From Halobacteriales archaeon SW_5_70_135 (lineage in GTDB: Archaea > Halobacteriota > Halobacteria > Halobacteriales > SW-7-71-33): a stretch of DNA of 64,000 bases. Below the pieces are notes generated by a model, which worked only from the letters and a program-made list of their open reading frames with translations, was not told the origin of the DNA and searched no databases. The stretch's first letter is position 1. Each line of letters begins with the position of its first letter. Below, one piece after another: positions 46,709 through 55,036 of this stretch. The stretch lies in contig PXSK01000036.1 of NCBI GenBank assembly GCA_003022865.1, positions 63,122 to 127,121 on the forward strand, written 5' to 3'. The translations under genes and the position numbers were made by a program.

Positions 46709-47566
46709 TGTTCGGATTAGCAGCTGCCGATGGAGATACTGGAGGTGTGGAGAGCCAGAAAGCCCCCGGCGGCTCACCGGCTGCGACTCGCCGTGCTCCT
46801 CGTCAGTCACTTCGTTCCCTTCTGCGGTGCTTGAGTCGTCGCCAGAAACCTGCGGGTTCTGGCTGGCTCGAAAATCTTCGATTTTCGAACGTCTCGCTCG
46901 GCGAGCCGCCGGCCCCTCTCGGTCCCGCCCTGAGAAACGTCGGCCGGGCGGAATCGAAAGGGGCCGGCGTGCTGCGGGACGCACGACGAAGCGAGCACCA
47001 TGCTCAACTCGCTGGCGGCGGGTTGGCATCTCAGGCGACCCGCGGGTCTCCTGACGAGTCCGCAAGAGGAAGCTCTTGCGAGATCCAGTGAATCTTCGAT
47101 TTGCGCGACAAGCGGGAGAGCGAAGCTCTCCCGGGCAGCGCGGAGGGAACCTCCGCTGACCCTCGGGCTCCGCCCGAGGACAGCCGGGCGGCGGAGCCGC
47201 CCGGCGACAGCGAACGCAGTGAGCGAGGAGCGCAGCGGGAGACTCGACGAGTCTCCCTGGCAGCCGGGCGCTATGCGCCCGGCGACAGAGAGGCGCGTAG
47301 CGCCTCTGGCAACAGGCGGCGGAGCCGCCGGTGACAGCGAGCCGCGCGACCAGCGAGGCGCTACGCGCCTCGGGCAGCCGGCGTTGACGAGAGCGAAGCT
47401 CTCGTGAGCCAATCAGAGTCGGAGGCTCTGATGACGTTCGTCAGAGCTCCGCTCTGACGGGCCAGCCAGAACCCTGCGGGTTCTGGTGACGGCGAAGCCG
47501 CCGGCGACGCAGCACGCCGAGGGGCTTTCTGGCTGTTCAACGCTGTTCCGGTCGCCGATCTGAACA
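46709..47566. repeat. Hairpin-array repeat element, copy 3 (longest; more than 20 consecutive hairpins)
   Basis: Termini are TGTTCGGAT (46709-46717) / ATCTGAACA (47558-47566). It shares left, central and right blocks with copy 1 and carries an extra segment of about 350 bp (about 47105-47500) made of perfect 7-10 bp stems with 3-nt loops. All overlapping track ORFs look non-coding. Confidence 0.8.
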
Positions 47567-47618
47567 GTACCGGTCGCGACACCCCGATGCTTAACCGGGC
47601 GCCCCGCGGAGCACGCGC

Positions 47619-48074
47619 ATGGGTCAGGTCACGCTCATCGGGACTCGTCTCGCCGACGAGGGGCAGGAGTTCGTCTACCGGGGCGAGGCCGCCGGCTGCG
47701 AGGGCTGTCCGTACCGGAGCCAGTGTCTCAACCTCGACGAGGGCGTGAAGTACCGCGTCACGGACGTCCGGGAGAACGCACAGACGCTCGACTGTGCGGT
47801 CCACGACGACGGCGTCACCGCCGTCGAGGTCGAGGCCGTCCCCGTCCGGGCGAACGTCGCCTCGAAGCAGGCCTACGCCGGCAACCGGACCACGCTCCCG
47901 GGTCCCTGTCCGCACGTCGACTGCCCGAGCCACGAGCTCTGTGTCCCCGACGGCGCCGAGATGGGCGCGGAGTACCGGATCGAGGAGGTCGTCGGCGAGC
48001 CGCCACACGAGTTCTGCGCTCTCGACCGCGACCTGACGACGGTGCGGTTCGCCCCGCCGACGGATCAGTCGTAG
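47619..48074 (+). CDS. UPF0179 family protein (conserved archaeal Cys-rich protein)
   Basis: 151 aa; TLIGTRLADEGQEFVYRGEAAGCEGCPYRSQCLNLDEGVKYRVTDVR...LDCAVHDDGV...GPCPHVDCPSHELC matches the UPF0179 pattern as I recall it. Confidence 0.8.
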   Translation: MGQVTLIGTRLADEGQEFVYRGEAAGCEGCPYRSQCLNLDEGVKYRVTDVRENAQTLDCAVHDDGVTAVEVEAVPVRANVASKQAYAGNRTTLPGPCPHVDCPSHELCVPDGAEMGAEYRIEEVVGEPPHEFCALDRDLTTVRFAPPTDQS

Positions 48075-48904
48075 TCGACGACGCCCTCGGCGGTGACGCT
48101 GCCGACTCTCGTGGCGGCGTAGCCGAACATGTCCTCGTACCCCTCCGCCGACACCAGCACCGGCACGAACGGCGTCTCGGCCGACCACGGCTCGCCGTCG
48201 ACGCTGGCGAACGGCTCGCCCGCCGGCACGACCTCGAAGTTGTCGACGACCACCTCGTACTCCCGGTCGGCGGGCTTCGGTATCGGTCGGTCGAGCCGGT
48301 AGAGCGGCTTCTCCGTGGTCGTCGTCGGCGCGCTCACCGCGCCCGTCGCCGCCAGGAACGCCCGCGACAGTTCCACGGCGTTGCGGGCGGCGGCCGCACT
48401 GCCCTGGTGGCCGACCTCGACCTCGACCGTCGGCACGGCTTCGAGCATCCGACCCTCGGAGGGTTCGGTGGAGTCGACGACCGCCGTCACCGGCAGCGCG
48501 GCACACACTTCGAGCCGGCGCGTGTCCGGCTCGACCACGACCGCGAACGGCTCCGGGTGCGACTGCGTCGAGTGGATGGCGAGAGTGAGCTTGTCCGACA
48601 GCAGGTCGTACAGTCGCTCCGCCAGTCGCCCCTCGTGTGTGTCGTCGAACTCGAACGCCGTCGGGTCCGTCCCCCGTGGCGGGAACGCGCGGTTGAGGTC
48701 GGTCTCGACGTAGCGGACGCCCCGCTCTAGCGCCGTCTCGTTCGCCAGGACGAGCGTCACCGACCCCGCCGGATCGAGGTCCGCCGCGAGGAGTTCCTCG
48801 ACGGCGTGTGCCCCGGACGGCTCGTCGCCGTGGATCGCGCCCACGACGGCCACCTCCGGCGGGCCGGTCCCGATCTGCTCGACGTACACTATCAGTTCGG
48901 ACAC
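48065..48904 (-). CDS. Succinylglutamate desuccinylase / aspartoacylase (AstE/AspA, M14-like) family protein
   Basis: Trimmed to GTG 48904 ((M)SELIVYVEQIG...). Zn-site-like VGAIHGDEPSG and ...DLNRAFP. Start is uncertain. Confidence 0.7.
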   Translation of the reverse strand: MSELIVYVEQIGTGPPEVAVVGAIHGDEPSGAHAVEELLAADLDPAGSVTLVLANETALERGVRYVETDLNRAFPPRGTDPTAFEFDDTHEGRLAERLYDLLSDKLTLAIHSTQSHPEPFAVVVEPDTRRLEVCAALPVTAVVDSTEPSEGRMLEAVPTVEVEVGHQGSAAAARNAVELSRAFLAATGAVSAPTTTTEKPLYRLDRPIPKPADREYEVVVDNFEVVPAGEPFASVDGEPWSAETPFVPVLVSAEGYEDMFGYAATRVGSVTAEGVVDYD

Positions 48905-49119
48905 GGGGCAGGATGTAAAGCCTCTCGGAACGCGGCGGCGCACACGACGGTCGGACGGGGCGACAGTGGTACCGTGAGGCGGCCGCCGGCAGGAGCGCGG
49001 ACGAGCGCGTTCGACCGGAGGACCTCGGGTACGCGGGACTGGGGCTGGGGGCTGGGGTGATACGACCGGGCGGAGAGTCGCACCGCTTAACTCGACGGCC
49101 CTCACAGCGGTGACTGCCT

Positions 49120-49250
49120 GCGGGGGTAGCCAAGCCTGGAAACGGCGGCGGACTCAAGATCCGCTCCTGTAAAGCAGGGAGCGGGAGGTGAGTGAACGCC
49201 GACGGCGTGAGCGAACGGGAGCGACCGTGGTTCGAGTCCCGTCCCCCGCA
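49120..49250 (+). tRNA. tRNA-Leu (anticodon CAA) carrying a 45-nt insertion in the T-arm (putative non-canonical intron)
   Basis: Acceptor stem GCGGGGG/CCCCCGC plus A73. Anticodon arm GCGGA-CUCAAGA-UCCGC, with anticodon at 49155-49157. Variable arm CCUGUAAAGCAGG. T-stem 5' strand GCGGG (49181-85) is separated from T-loop UUCGAGU (49231-37) and the 3' strand CCCGU (49238-42) by 49186-49230. TATA-like GCTTAACT about 30 nt upstream. Confidence 0.75.
49186..49230 (+). other. 45-nt insertion in tRNA-Leu(CAA) between positions about 53/54 (boundary can slide by 2 nt because of GG repeats)
   Basis: AGGUGAGUGAACGCCGACGGCGUGAGCGAACGGGAGCGACCGUGG. It contains an internal hairpin ACGCCG/CGGCGU. Removing it restores a standard 86-nt class II cloverleaf. 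It is homologous to 14064-14106. Confidence 0.6.
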
Positions 49251-49404
49251 CTGCGGGACCTCGACCCGACGTGCAGGAGATCGCCGGAGCGATCGTCTCT
49301 CGTATCACTTGTCGATCGACGCCGACTCCGACACCCACGCTGACACTGACACCGACACCCACACCCACGCCGACACCGACGGACGCCTTTTGAGCCGTGC
49401 GCCC

Positions 49405-50025
49405 GTGATCGGCGGCGTGTCCGGCGACCCGGCGTTCACGCTGCTGGGCTGGCCCGCGAGTGAGCCGACGCTGCGGCTCGACTACCGCGAGTTCGCCTAC
49501 GCCGGCAAGTTCGTCGTCTCCGGCACCGGCAAGGCGGTCCTGCACGCGCCCGAGGCCGACCTCCGGCGGGGGCGCGACGCCGACGAGTGCGCACGCGGCG
49601 TCCTCGCTGCGGTCGCCTTCGACGCCGACCGCACCGACTCCGACCGGGCGGTGCTGCGTTACGTCACGGTACGGACCGACCGGCAGGGAGAGGGGCTCGG
49701 CCCGCTGCTGGTCGAGCGACTGCTCGACCGAACCGCCGCCGAGGGGCGGTACGACCACGCCCGCATCGCCGTCAACAACCCGTACGCCTACGTGGCGCTA
49801 CACCGCGCGGGCTTCGCGTACGCCGGCGAGGCGACCGGCATCGCCGAACTCGTGCTGGAGCGACCGGTCGGGCGGCCGGCGACGGTCGACGCCGACCGCT
49901 ACCGTGCCGGACTCGACCGCTTCCGGGAGCGCGACCCGACCGCCGAGGAGCGCGCCCTGATCGAGCGCGAGCGGGCGGCGGGACCGCCCGGGTCGAGCGA
50001 GCGAGACGAGCGGGACGGACGGTAG
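49405..50025 (+). CDS. GNAT-family N-acetyltransferase
   Basis: Acetyl-CoA motif [21 protein letters not shown], followed by [13 protein letters not shown]. The start is uncertain: GTG 49405, or TTG 49309, which would add a DADSDTHADTDTDTHTHADTD acidic repeat. The track start 49192 lies inside the tRNA. Confidence 0.7.
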   Translation: MIGGVSGDPAFTLLGWPASEPTLRLDYREFAYAGKFVVSGTGKAVLHAPEADLRRGRDADECARGVLAAVAFDADRTDSDRAVLRYVTVRTDRQGEGLGPLLVERLLDRTAAEGRYDHARIAVNNPYAYVALHRAGFAYAGEATGIAELVLERPVGRPATVDADRYRAGLDRFRERDPTAEERALIERERAAGPPGSSERDERDGR

Positions 50026-50072
50026 CCGGACCGGACGGCACCGTTCAAGACGCCGGCGCTCGTGCCGACCGT

Positions 50073-51047
50073 ATGGGCAACGCGGCGCTGCGGGATCTCG
50101 CGGCGATCGAGACCGTCCCGTACGACTCGCTGAGCGGGGCATCGGTCGCCGTCGACGCGCACAACTGGCTGTACCGCTACCTCACGACGACGGTGAAGTT
50201 CACCGCGAACGGGGCGTACACCCGTGACGGCGAGGAGGTGCCGAACCTCATCGGGGTCGTCCGGGGGCTGCCGAAGCTGCTCGAACACGAGCTCACGCCG
50301 GTGTTCGTCTTCGACGGCGGCACGACCGGCCTGAAGCGCGACGAGATCGAGCGCCGCCGCGAGAAGCGCGAGACGGTCGAGGAGCGACTGGCGGCGGCCC
50401 GCGACCGCGGCGACGAGGTCGAGGCCGCCCGGCTGGAGTCGCGCACTCAGCGGCTCACGCCGGTCATCCAGGAGACGAGCCGTCGCCTGCTCGACCTGCT
50501 CGACGTGCCGGTCGTCGAGGCGCCCGCCGAGGGGGAGGCACAGGCCGCTCACATGGCCCGACAGGAGGCGGTCGACTACGTGGGCACGGAGGACTACGAC
50601 GCCCTGCTGTTCGGCGCGCCGCTGACGCTGCGCCAGCTCACCAGCAGCGGCGACCCCGAACGGATGTCGCTGGCGGCCACGCTCGACGCTCACGACCTCA
50701 CCTGGGAGCAGCTGGTCGACGTCGCCGTCCTCGTCGGGACGGACTTCAACGAGGGACTCGACGGCGTCGGTCCCGCGACCGCCGTCGACCTGGTCCACGA
50801 GCACGGCGACCTCTGGGGGGCGCTGGAGGCACGCGGCGACCACATCGAGGCCGCCGACCTCGTCCGGGAGCTGTTTCTCGACCCGAACGTCACCGACGCC
50901 GAGTACGACCCGGACGTCCGGCCGGACGTCGACGGCGCCCGGGAGTTCGTCGTCGAGGAGTGGGGCGTGCCCGTCGAGGAGGTCGAGGCCGGCTTCGAGC
51001 GTATCGAGACGGCGGTGACACAGACCGGGCTGGACCGGTGGACCTGA
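50073..51047 (+). CDS. fen1: Flap endonuclease 1
   Basis: 324 aa from ATG 50073. XPG-N ([12 protein letters not shown]), XPG-I ([13 protein letters not shown]...[12 protein letters not shown]) and H3TH ([16 protein letters not shown]). Confidence 0.9.
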   Translation: MGNAALRDLAAIETVPYDSLSGASVAVDAHNWLYRYLTTTVKFTANGAYTRDGEEVPNLIGVVRGLPKLLEHELTPVFVFDGGTTGLKRDEIERRREKRETVEERLAAARDRGDEVEAARLESRTQRLTPVIQETSRRLLDLLDVPVVEAPAEGEAQAAHMARQEAVDYVGTEDYDALLFGAPLTLRQLTSSGDPERMSLAATLDAHDLTWEQLVDVAVLVGTDFNEGLDGVGPATAVDLVHEHGDLWGALEARGDHIEAADLVRELFLDPNVTDAEYDPDVRPDVDGAREFVVEEWGVPVEEVEAGFERIETAVTQTGLDRWT

Positions 51048-51230
51048 CCGCCGGGACTCCCCACCCCGGCAGGGGTCGACGCCGTCGCCGCCGCCGGGTC
51101 GGAGCGGCCCGGCGGGGGTCGACGCCACCGCGAGCCCGCACTCCGGTCGAGTCCGAGGCCGTCGGCGGACGGTGAGACGACCGCTTCAGCCTGGAAAAGG
51201 CACTTATCCGCGGACGGGTCACGGCCGACC

Positions 51231-52753
51231 GTGCGCCGCCGCAGAGTCCTCGCCGGCCTTCGACCGGTCTGGTCGGACTTTCGGGCTGCAACTCCCGGGA
51301 GTCGGCCGACCCGTCGGGGACTGACCGGGGTCGGGACGACCGGAGTCGGACGCCGACGGCCACCCCGGAGGGGACGGACGAGGGGGCCGAACTCGAACTC
51401 GGGGCGGCGAGCGTCGTCGACCTCGAGACGGCGGACCGGACGTACGCGCTCTCGCCGCCGACCTACCGCTCGGACGACGGCGCCCGGGTGTCGGTGCGGT
51501 TCGCGTCGACGGCGACGGCCGACGGCCCCGCGACGGTGACGGCGACGCTTACCGACGGGAACCCGTTCGAGAACACGTTCGAACTGGAGTGGACGCCCCC
51601 GTTCGGTCGGCGGACGAGCGACCTGCCGCACCCGATGGGCGACCGGTTCGGCGACACCGGCAGCTACCGCGTCAGGCTGGCGTTCGCGCCGACCGCGAAC
51701 CACGACTTAGTGGACGATCCGCCCGCGGTCGAGCGTGCGGCCGACGGGTACTGGCGGCTCGCCGGCGGGGTCGACCACTGGCTCCCCGAGCGGGTCCGGC
51801 TGGGTCCCGGCGAGACCGTCCACGGCGAGTACGCCCTCGTCGGTCGGGCCGACGGCGTCGGGCGCGGCCGTCCACAGGGCGTCTACGAGTTCGCCCGGCC
51901 GGACGAGCGACCGCTCCGGGTGACCGTCTGGGAGACCGACGCTCCGGGTTCGGAGCCCGCCTCGCGCTTCGAGGGGGTCTCGCTGCCGTCGCTGTCGGGC
52001 GAGAACGGGATCGCCTGGTACCACGAGGCGGACACGAGCACGCCGACGTTCGTCCGGCCGAGCGTCGAGCGGACCGACCTGCCCGCCCGCATCGAGTTCA
52101 CGTTCCTCAACCGCGCCCGCGAGCCGACCAGTTGCGGTCACTGGAGTCTCTACAAGCTCCACGACGGCGACTGGTACCGTCTCGGACCGTACGTCCGGGC
52201 GGGCGACTGCCGAGTCGTCGGTCCGGGCGGCTGGAAGACGTGGACGCTGCGGGCGGCCAACGGCGAACTGGCGCCGAGCGGGGCCGCCGACTACGGCCAT
52301 CTCGGCGGCGGCCGGTACGCCGCAGTCGCCGGCTACGGCCACGCGACCGCCGAGAGCGCTGCCCTCGTCGAGTTCGACGCCGGACCCGTCGCAGTCGTGC
52401 CGACCGAGGACGCGACGGGCGAGCGCGAGGACGACATGGTGACGGTCACGTCGGGGCGTTGGCGAGCCGCGCCCGACGAGGAGGGTCGCGCCCGGCGCCG
52501 ACTGGTGCTCGAGCGCGTCGACCGGGCCGACCGGACGCTCATCGCCGAGCAGGTGATGCGTCGCCGGTTCCGCGGCCTGCGGAACACGCTGGCGTTCGCC
52601 GTCACCGCCGACGCCATCGCCGACGTCGACCGGGTCGTGCTGCGGGCGGACGACGCCGTGGTCGACCGTGTCCTCGGCTACGACGCCGACCGGCGACGCG
52701 TCCGGTTCGACGGCCGTGCCTACGCGCTCCGGCGGGCGAGCGCTGACGACTGA
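51231..52753 (+). pseudogene. Secreted Tat-lipoprotein of unknown function, reading frame broken after codon 9-10 of the signal peptide
   Basis: Frame 0 from GTG 51231 reads (M)RRRRVLAGL. Frame +2 from 51257 reads PSTGLVGLSGCNSRESADPSG... and runs uninterrupted into track ORF 51488..52753. There is no ATG/GTG/TTG in that frame between the stop at 51173 and 51488. Adding one T to the TT at 51259-51260 gives MRRRRVLAGLSTGLVGLSGC..., a 507-aa ORF. Confidence 0.7.
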
Positions 52754-52803
52754 GCGGCACGGGCGGCGAAGCCTTTTGAACCGACGTAGCCGACCGTCGG
52801 GCC

Positions 52804-54243
52804 ATGGTCGACGACGACCCGGACACCGCGACCGACGGCGACGAGGGCGGCGAGTACCGCGTCGAGCGGGACAGCCTCGGCGAGGTCGAGGTGCCCGTCG
52901 AGGCGTACTGGGGCGCACAGACACAGCGCGCGGTCGAGAACTTCCCCGTCTCGGACGAGCGCTTCGGGCGGCGGTTCGTCCGGGCGCTGGGCGTGGTGAA
53001 GAAGGCCGCCGCGGAGGCGAACCTCGACCTGGGACTGCTGCCGGCGGAGGAGGGCGCGGCGACAGTCGAGGCCGCGGAGGAGGTGATCGCCGGCGAGCAC
53101 GACGACCAGTTCCCCGTCGACGTGTTCCAGACCGGCTCGGGCACCTCGATGAACATGAACGCCAACGAGGTGATCGCCAACCGCGCCACGGAGATCCTCG
53201 GCGAGGAGCTGGGGACGCGGGCGGTCCACCCGAACGACCACGTCAACTTCGGGCAGTCCTCGAACGACGTGATCCCCACGGCGACACACGTCGCCGCCCT
53301 GGACGCCGTCGAGAACGACGTGTTGCCGGCCCTGGAGACGCTGCGGGAGGCCCTGGCCGACGCCGAGGAGCGCTTCGACGACGTGGTGAAGACCGGGCGC
53401 ACACACCTCCAGGACGCCACGCCGGTGACGCTGGGCCAGGAGTTCTCCGGCTACCGCACCCAGGTCGAACACGGGGTTGAGCGCGTCCGGTCGACGCGGG
53501 AGCACCTCGGCGAGCTCGCGCTGGGCGGGACCGCCGTCGGCACCGGACTGAACACCCACGAGGAGTTCCCGGGCCTCGCGGCCGCCTACGTTGCCGGGGA
53601 GACCGGCCTGGACGTGCGGGAGGCCGAGAACCACTTCGAGGCACAGGCCGCCCACGACGCGATGAGCGAGGCTCACGGCGCCCTGCGCACCGTCGCCGGG
53701 TCGATGCACAAGACGGCGAACGACCTGCGACTGCTCGCCTCCGGCCCGCGCAACGGACTCGGCGAGGTAGAGCAGCCGGAGAACCAGCCCGGCTCCTCGA
53801 TCATGCCCGGGAAGGTGAACCCCGTCGTCGCCGAGGCGGTCAACCAGGTGTACGCCCAGGTCGTCGGCAACGACGCGACCGTCTCGACCGGCGCCGCCGC
53901 CGGACAGCTCGACCTCAACCTCTACAAGCCGGTGCTCGCGCACAACTTCCTGCAGTCGGCGACGCTGATCGCTAACGCCGCGAAGACGTTCGCCGAGCGG
54001 TTCGTGCGCCGACTGGAGGCCGACCGCGAGCACTGTGCGACGGCGGTCGAGCAGTCGATAGCGCTCGCGACGGCGCTGAACCCCGTCATCGGCTACGACG
54101 CCGCGAGCGAGGTGGCGAAGGCGGCCCTGGAGGAAGACAAGACCGTCCGCGAGGTCGCCGTCGAGCGGGGTTACCTCACCGAGGCCGAGGCCGACCGCGT
54201 GCTCGATCCGGAGCGGCTCACCGGCCGGGGGATCCTCGACTGA
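52804..54243 (+). CDS. fumC: Fumarate hydratase, class II
   Basis: 479 aa; GSSIMPGKVNPV signature and the TGRTHLQDATP and SSNDVIPTA motifs. Confidence 0.92.
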   Translation: MVDDDPDTATDGDEGGEYRVERDSLGEVEVPVEAYWGAQTQRAVENFPVSDERFGRRFVRALGVVKKAAAEANLDLGLLPAEEGAATVEAAEEVIAGEHDDQFPVDVFQTGSGTSMNMNANEVIANRATEILGEELGTRAVHPNDHVNFGQSSNDVIPTATHVAALDAVENDVLPALETLREALADAEERFDDVVKTGRTHLQDATPVTLGQEFSGYRTQVEHGVERVRSTREHLGELALGGTAVGTGLNTHEEFPGLAAAYVAGETGLDVREAENHFEAQAAHDAMSEAHGALRTVAGSMHKTANDLRLLASGPRNGLGEVEQPENQPGSSIMPGKVNPVVAEAVNQVYAQVVGNDATVSTGAAAGQLDLNLYKPVLAHNFLQSATLIANAAKTFAERFVRRLEADREHCATAVEQSIALATALNPVIGYDAASEVAKAALEEDKTVREVAVERGYLTEAEADRVLDPERLTGRGILD

Positions 54244-54381
54244 GCGGGCGGTCGCCGTCGTCGGGTCCGGCTGGAGATGACCCGTCTACGTGGTCGGCAG
54301 ACCGCACGCCGCCGTGGGGATCTGTGACGGGGCAGGTCGGAAACACATAGACTTTTGGGTGACGCGCCCCTCGCATAGGGT

Positions 54382-54933
54382 ATGCACAAGTGTCGCGACT
54401 GCGGTCGCGCGTTCAGTTCGGAGCTGAAGTACGAGCTACACCGAGACACGTGTGGCCGAGACCGCCTGCTCTGCCGGTCATGTGGCAACAGGTTCGGCGA
54501 ACGAGAGGCCACCACGGACGGCTGGCACTACCGATGCCCCGACGAGGACTGCGAGGCCGAGGGGCTGAGCGAGTCGATCGTACGACTGGAAGACGCCCGC
54601 GATAGCCTGGTCCGTCGGCACGCTCGTCTCCGGGTTCGTGCTCGGCACACTCGTCGCGGTCGGGCTGGCCGCGGTCGCCCGCGAGTGGGTCCCGCTGGGG
54701 GCACTGGTGACGCTTCTGGTCGGAGTCCTCGGGCTCGTCCTCGCCGTGCTGCGCTACCGGCGCTGGCGCTTCGAGCTGCAGGCGGACGCGCTCTACCTCG
54801 AACGCGGCGTGCTCACCCGGGTGCGGACCGTCGTGCCGTTCGTCCGGGTGCAACACGTCGACACGCAGCGCAGTCCCGTCGAGCGGCTGCTCGGACTATC
54901 GAGCGTCGTCGTGTACACGGCCGGCTCCCGTAG
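54382..54933 (+). CDS. Small C2H2/zinc-ribbon protein; 3' end unresolved (no in-frame stop before 54933, runs out of frame into the next gene)
   Basis: The first about 70 codons are convincing (MHKCRDCGRAFSSELKYELHRDTCGRDRLLCRSCGNRFGEREATTDGWHYRCPDEDCEAEG). After about 54600 the translation turns into Arg-rich junk overlapping 54638..55036. Confidence 0.5.
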   Translation: MHKCRDCGRAFSSELKYELHRDTCGRDRLLCRSCGNRFGEREATTDGWHYRCPDEDCEAEGLSESIVRLEDARDSLVRRHARLRVRARHTRRGRAGRGRPRVGPAGGTGDASGRSPRARPRRAALPALALRAAGGRALPRTRRAHPGADRRAVRPGATRRHAAQSRRAAARTIERRRVHGRLP

Positions 54934-55036
54934 CGCGGACGTCACCGTCCCCGGCCTGACGCCCGACCGGGCCGACGAGCTCCAGGCGCGGCTGCGCGAA
55001 CTCGCCGTCGAGACCGACCCGGGTGACGCGGTGTGA
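54638..55036 (+). CDS. YdbS-like bacterial PH domain (bPH_2/DUF304) membrane protein
   Basis: RYRRWRFELQADALYLERGVLTRVRTVVPFVRVQHVDTQRSPVERLLGLSSVVVYTAG matches the bPH_2 core (compare B. subtilis YdbS ...VPMVRVQHVDTSQGPL...). The first available start, GTG 54638, truncates TM1. The frame is open and hydrophobic from 54569. Confidence 0.75.
   Translation: MLGTLVAVGLAAVAREWVPLGALVTLLVGVLGLVLAVLRYRRWRFELQADALYLERGVLTRVRTVVPFVRVQHVDTQRSPVERLLGLSSVVVYTAGSRSADVTVPGLTPDRADELQARLRELAVETDPGDAV

Noticed and set aside
46709-47566. Considered whether the hairpin arrays are a CRISPR array
   Set aside because: There is no constant repeat alternating with unique spacers. Every palindrome has a different sequence and the units are only 15-25 bp. 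No cas genes or leader are present in the window.
47361-49157. 598-aa minus-strand ORF spanning repeat copy 3, the UPF0179 gene and the AstE-like gene
   Set aside because: It crosses a non-coding hairpin array and is antisense or out of frame to two conserved genes. Only the separate frame 48065..48904 is coding.
49186-49230. Canonical bulge-helix-bulge motif, kink-turn/C-D box features and a Shine-Dalgarno-like GGAGGUGA within the tRNA-Leu insertion module
   Set aside because: I could not pair the nucleotides flanking either splice junction into a 3-4-3 BHB by hand. GUGAGUGA and GAGCGA are only loosely like C/D or k-turn consensus. The GGAGGUGA match to the anti-SD sequence has no ORF context. 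None of these is claimed. They need computational folding.
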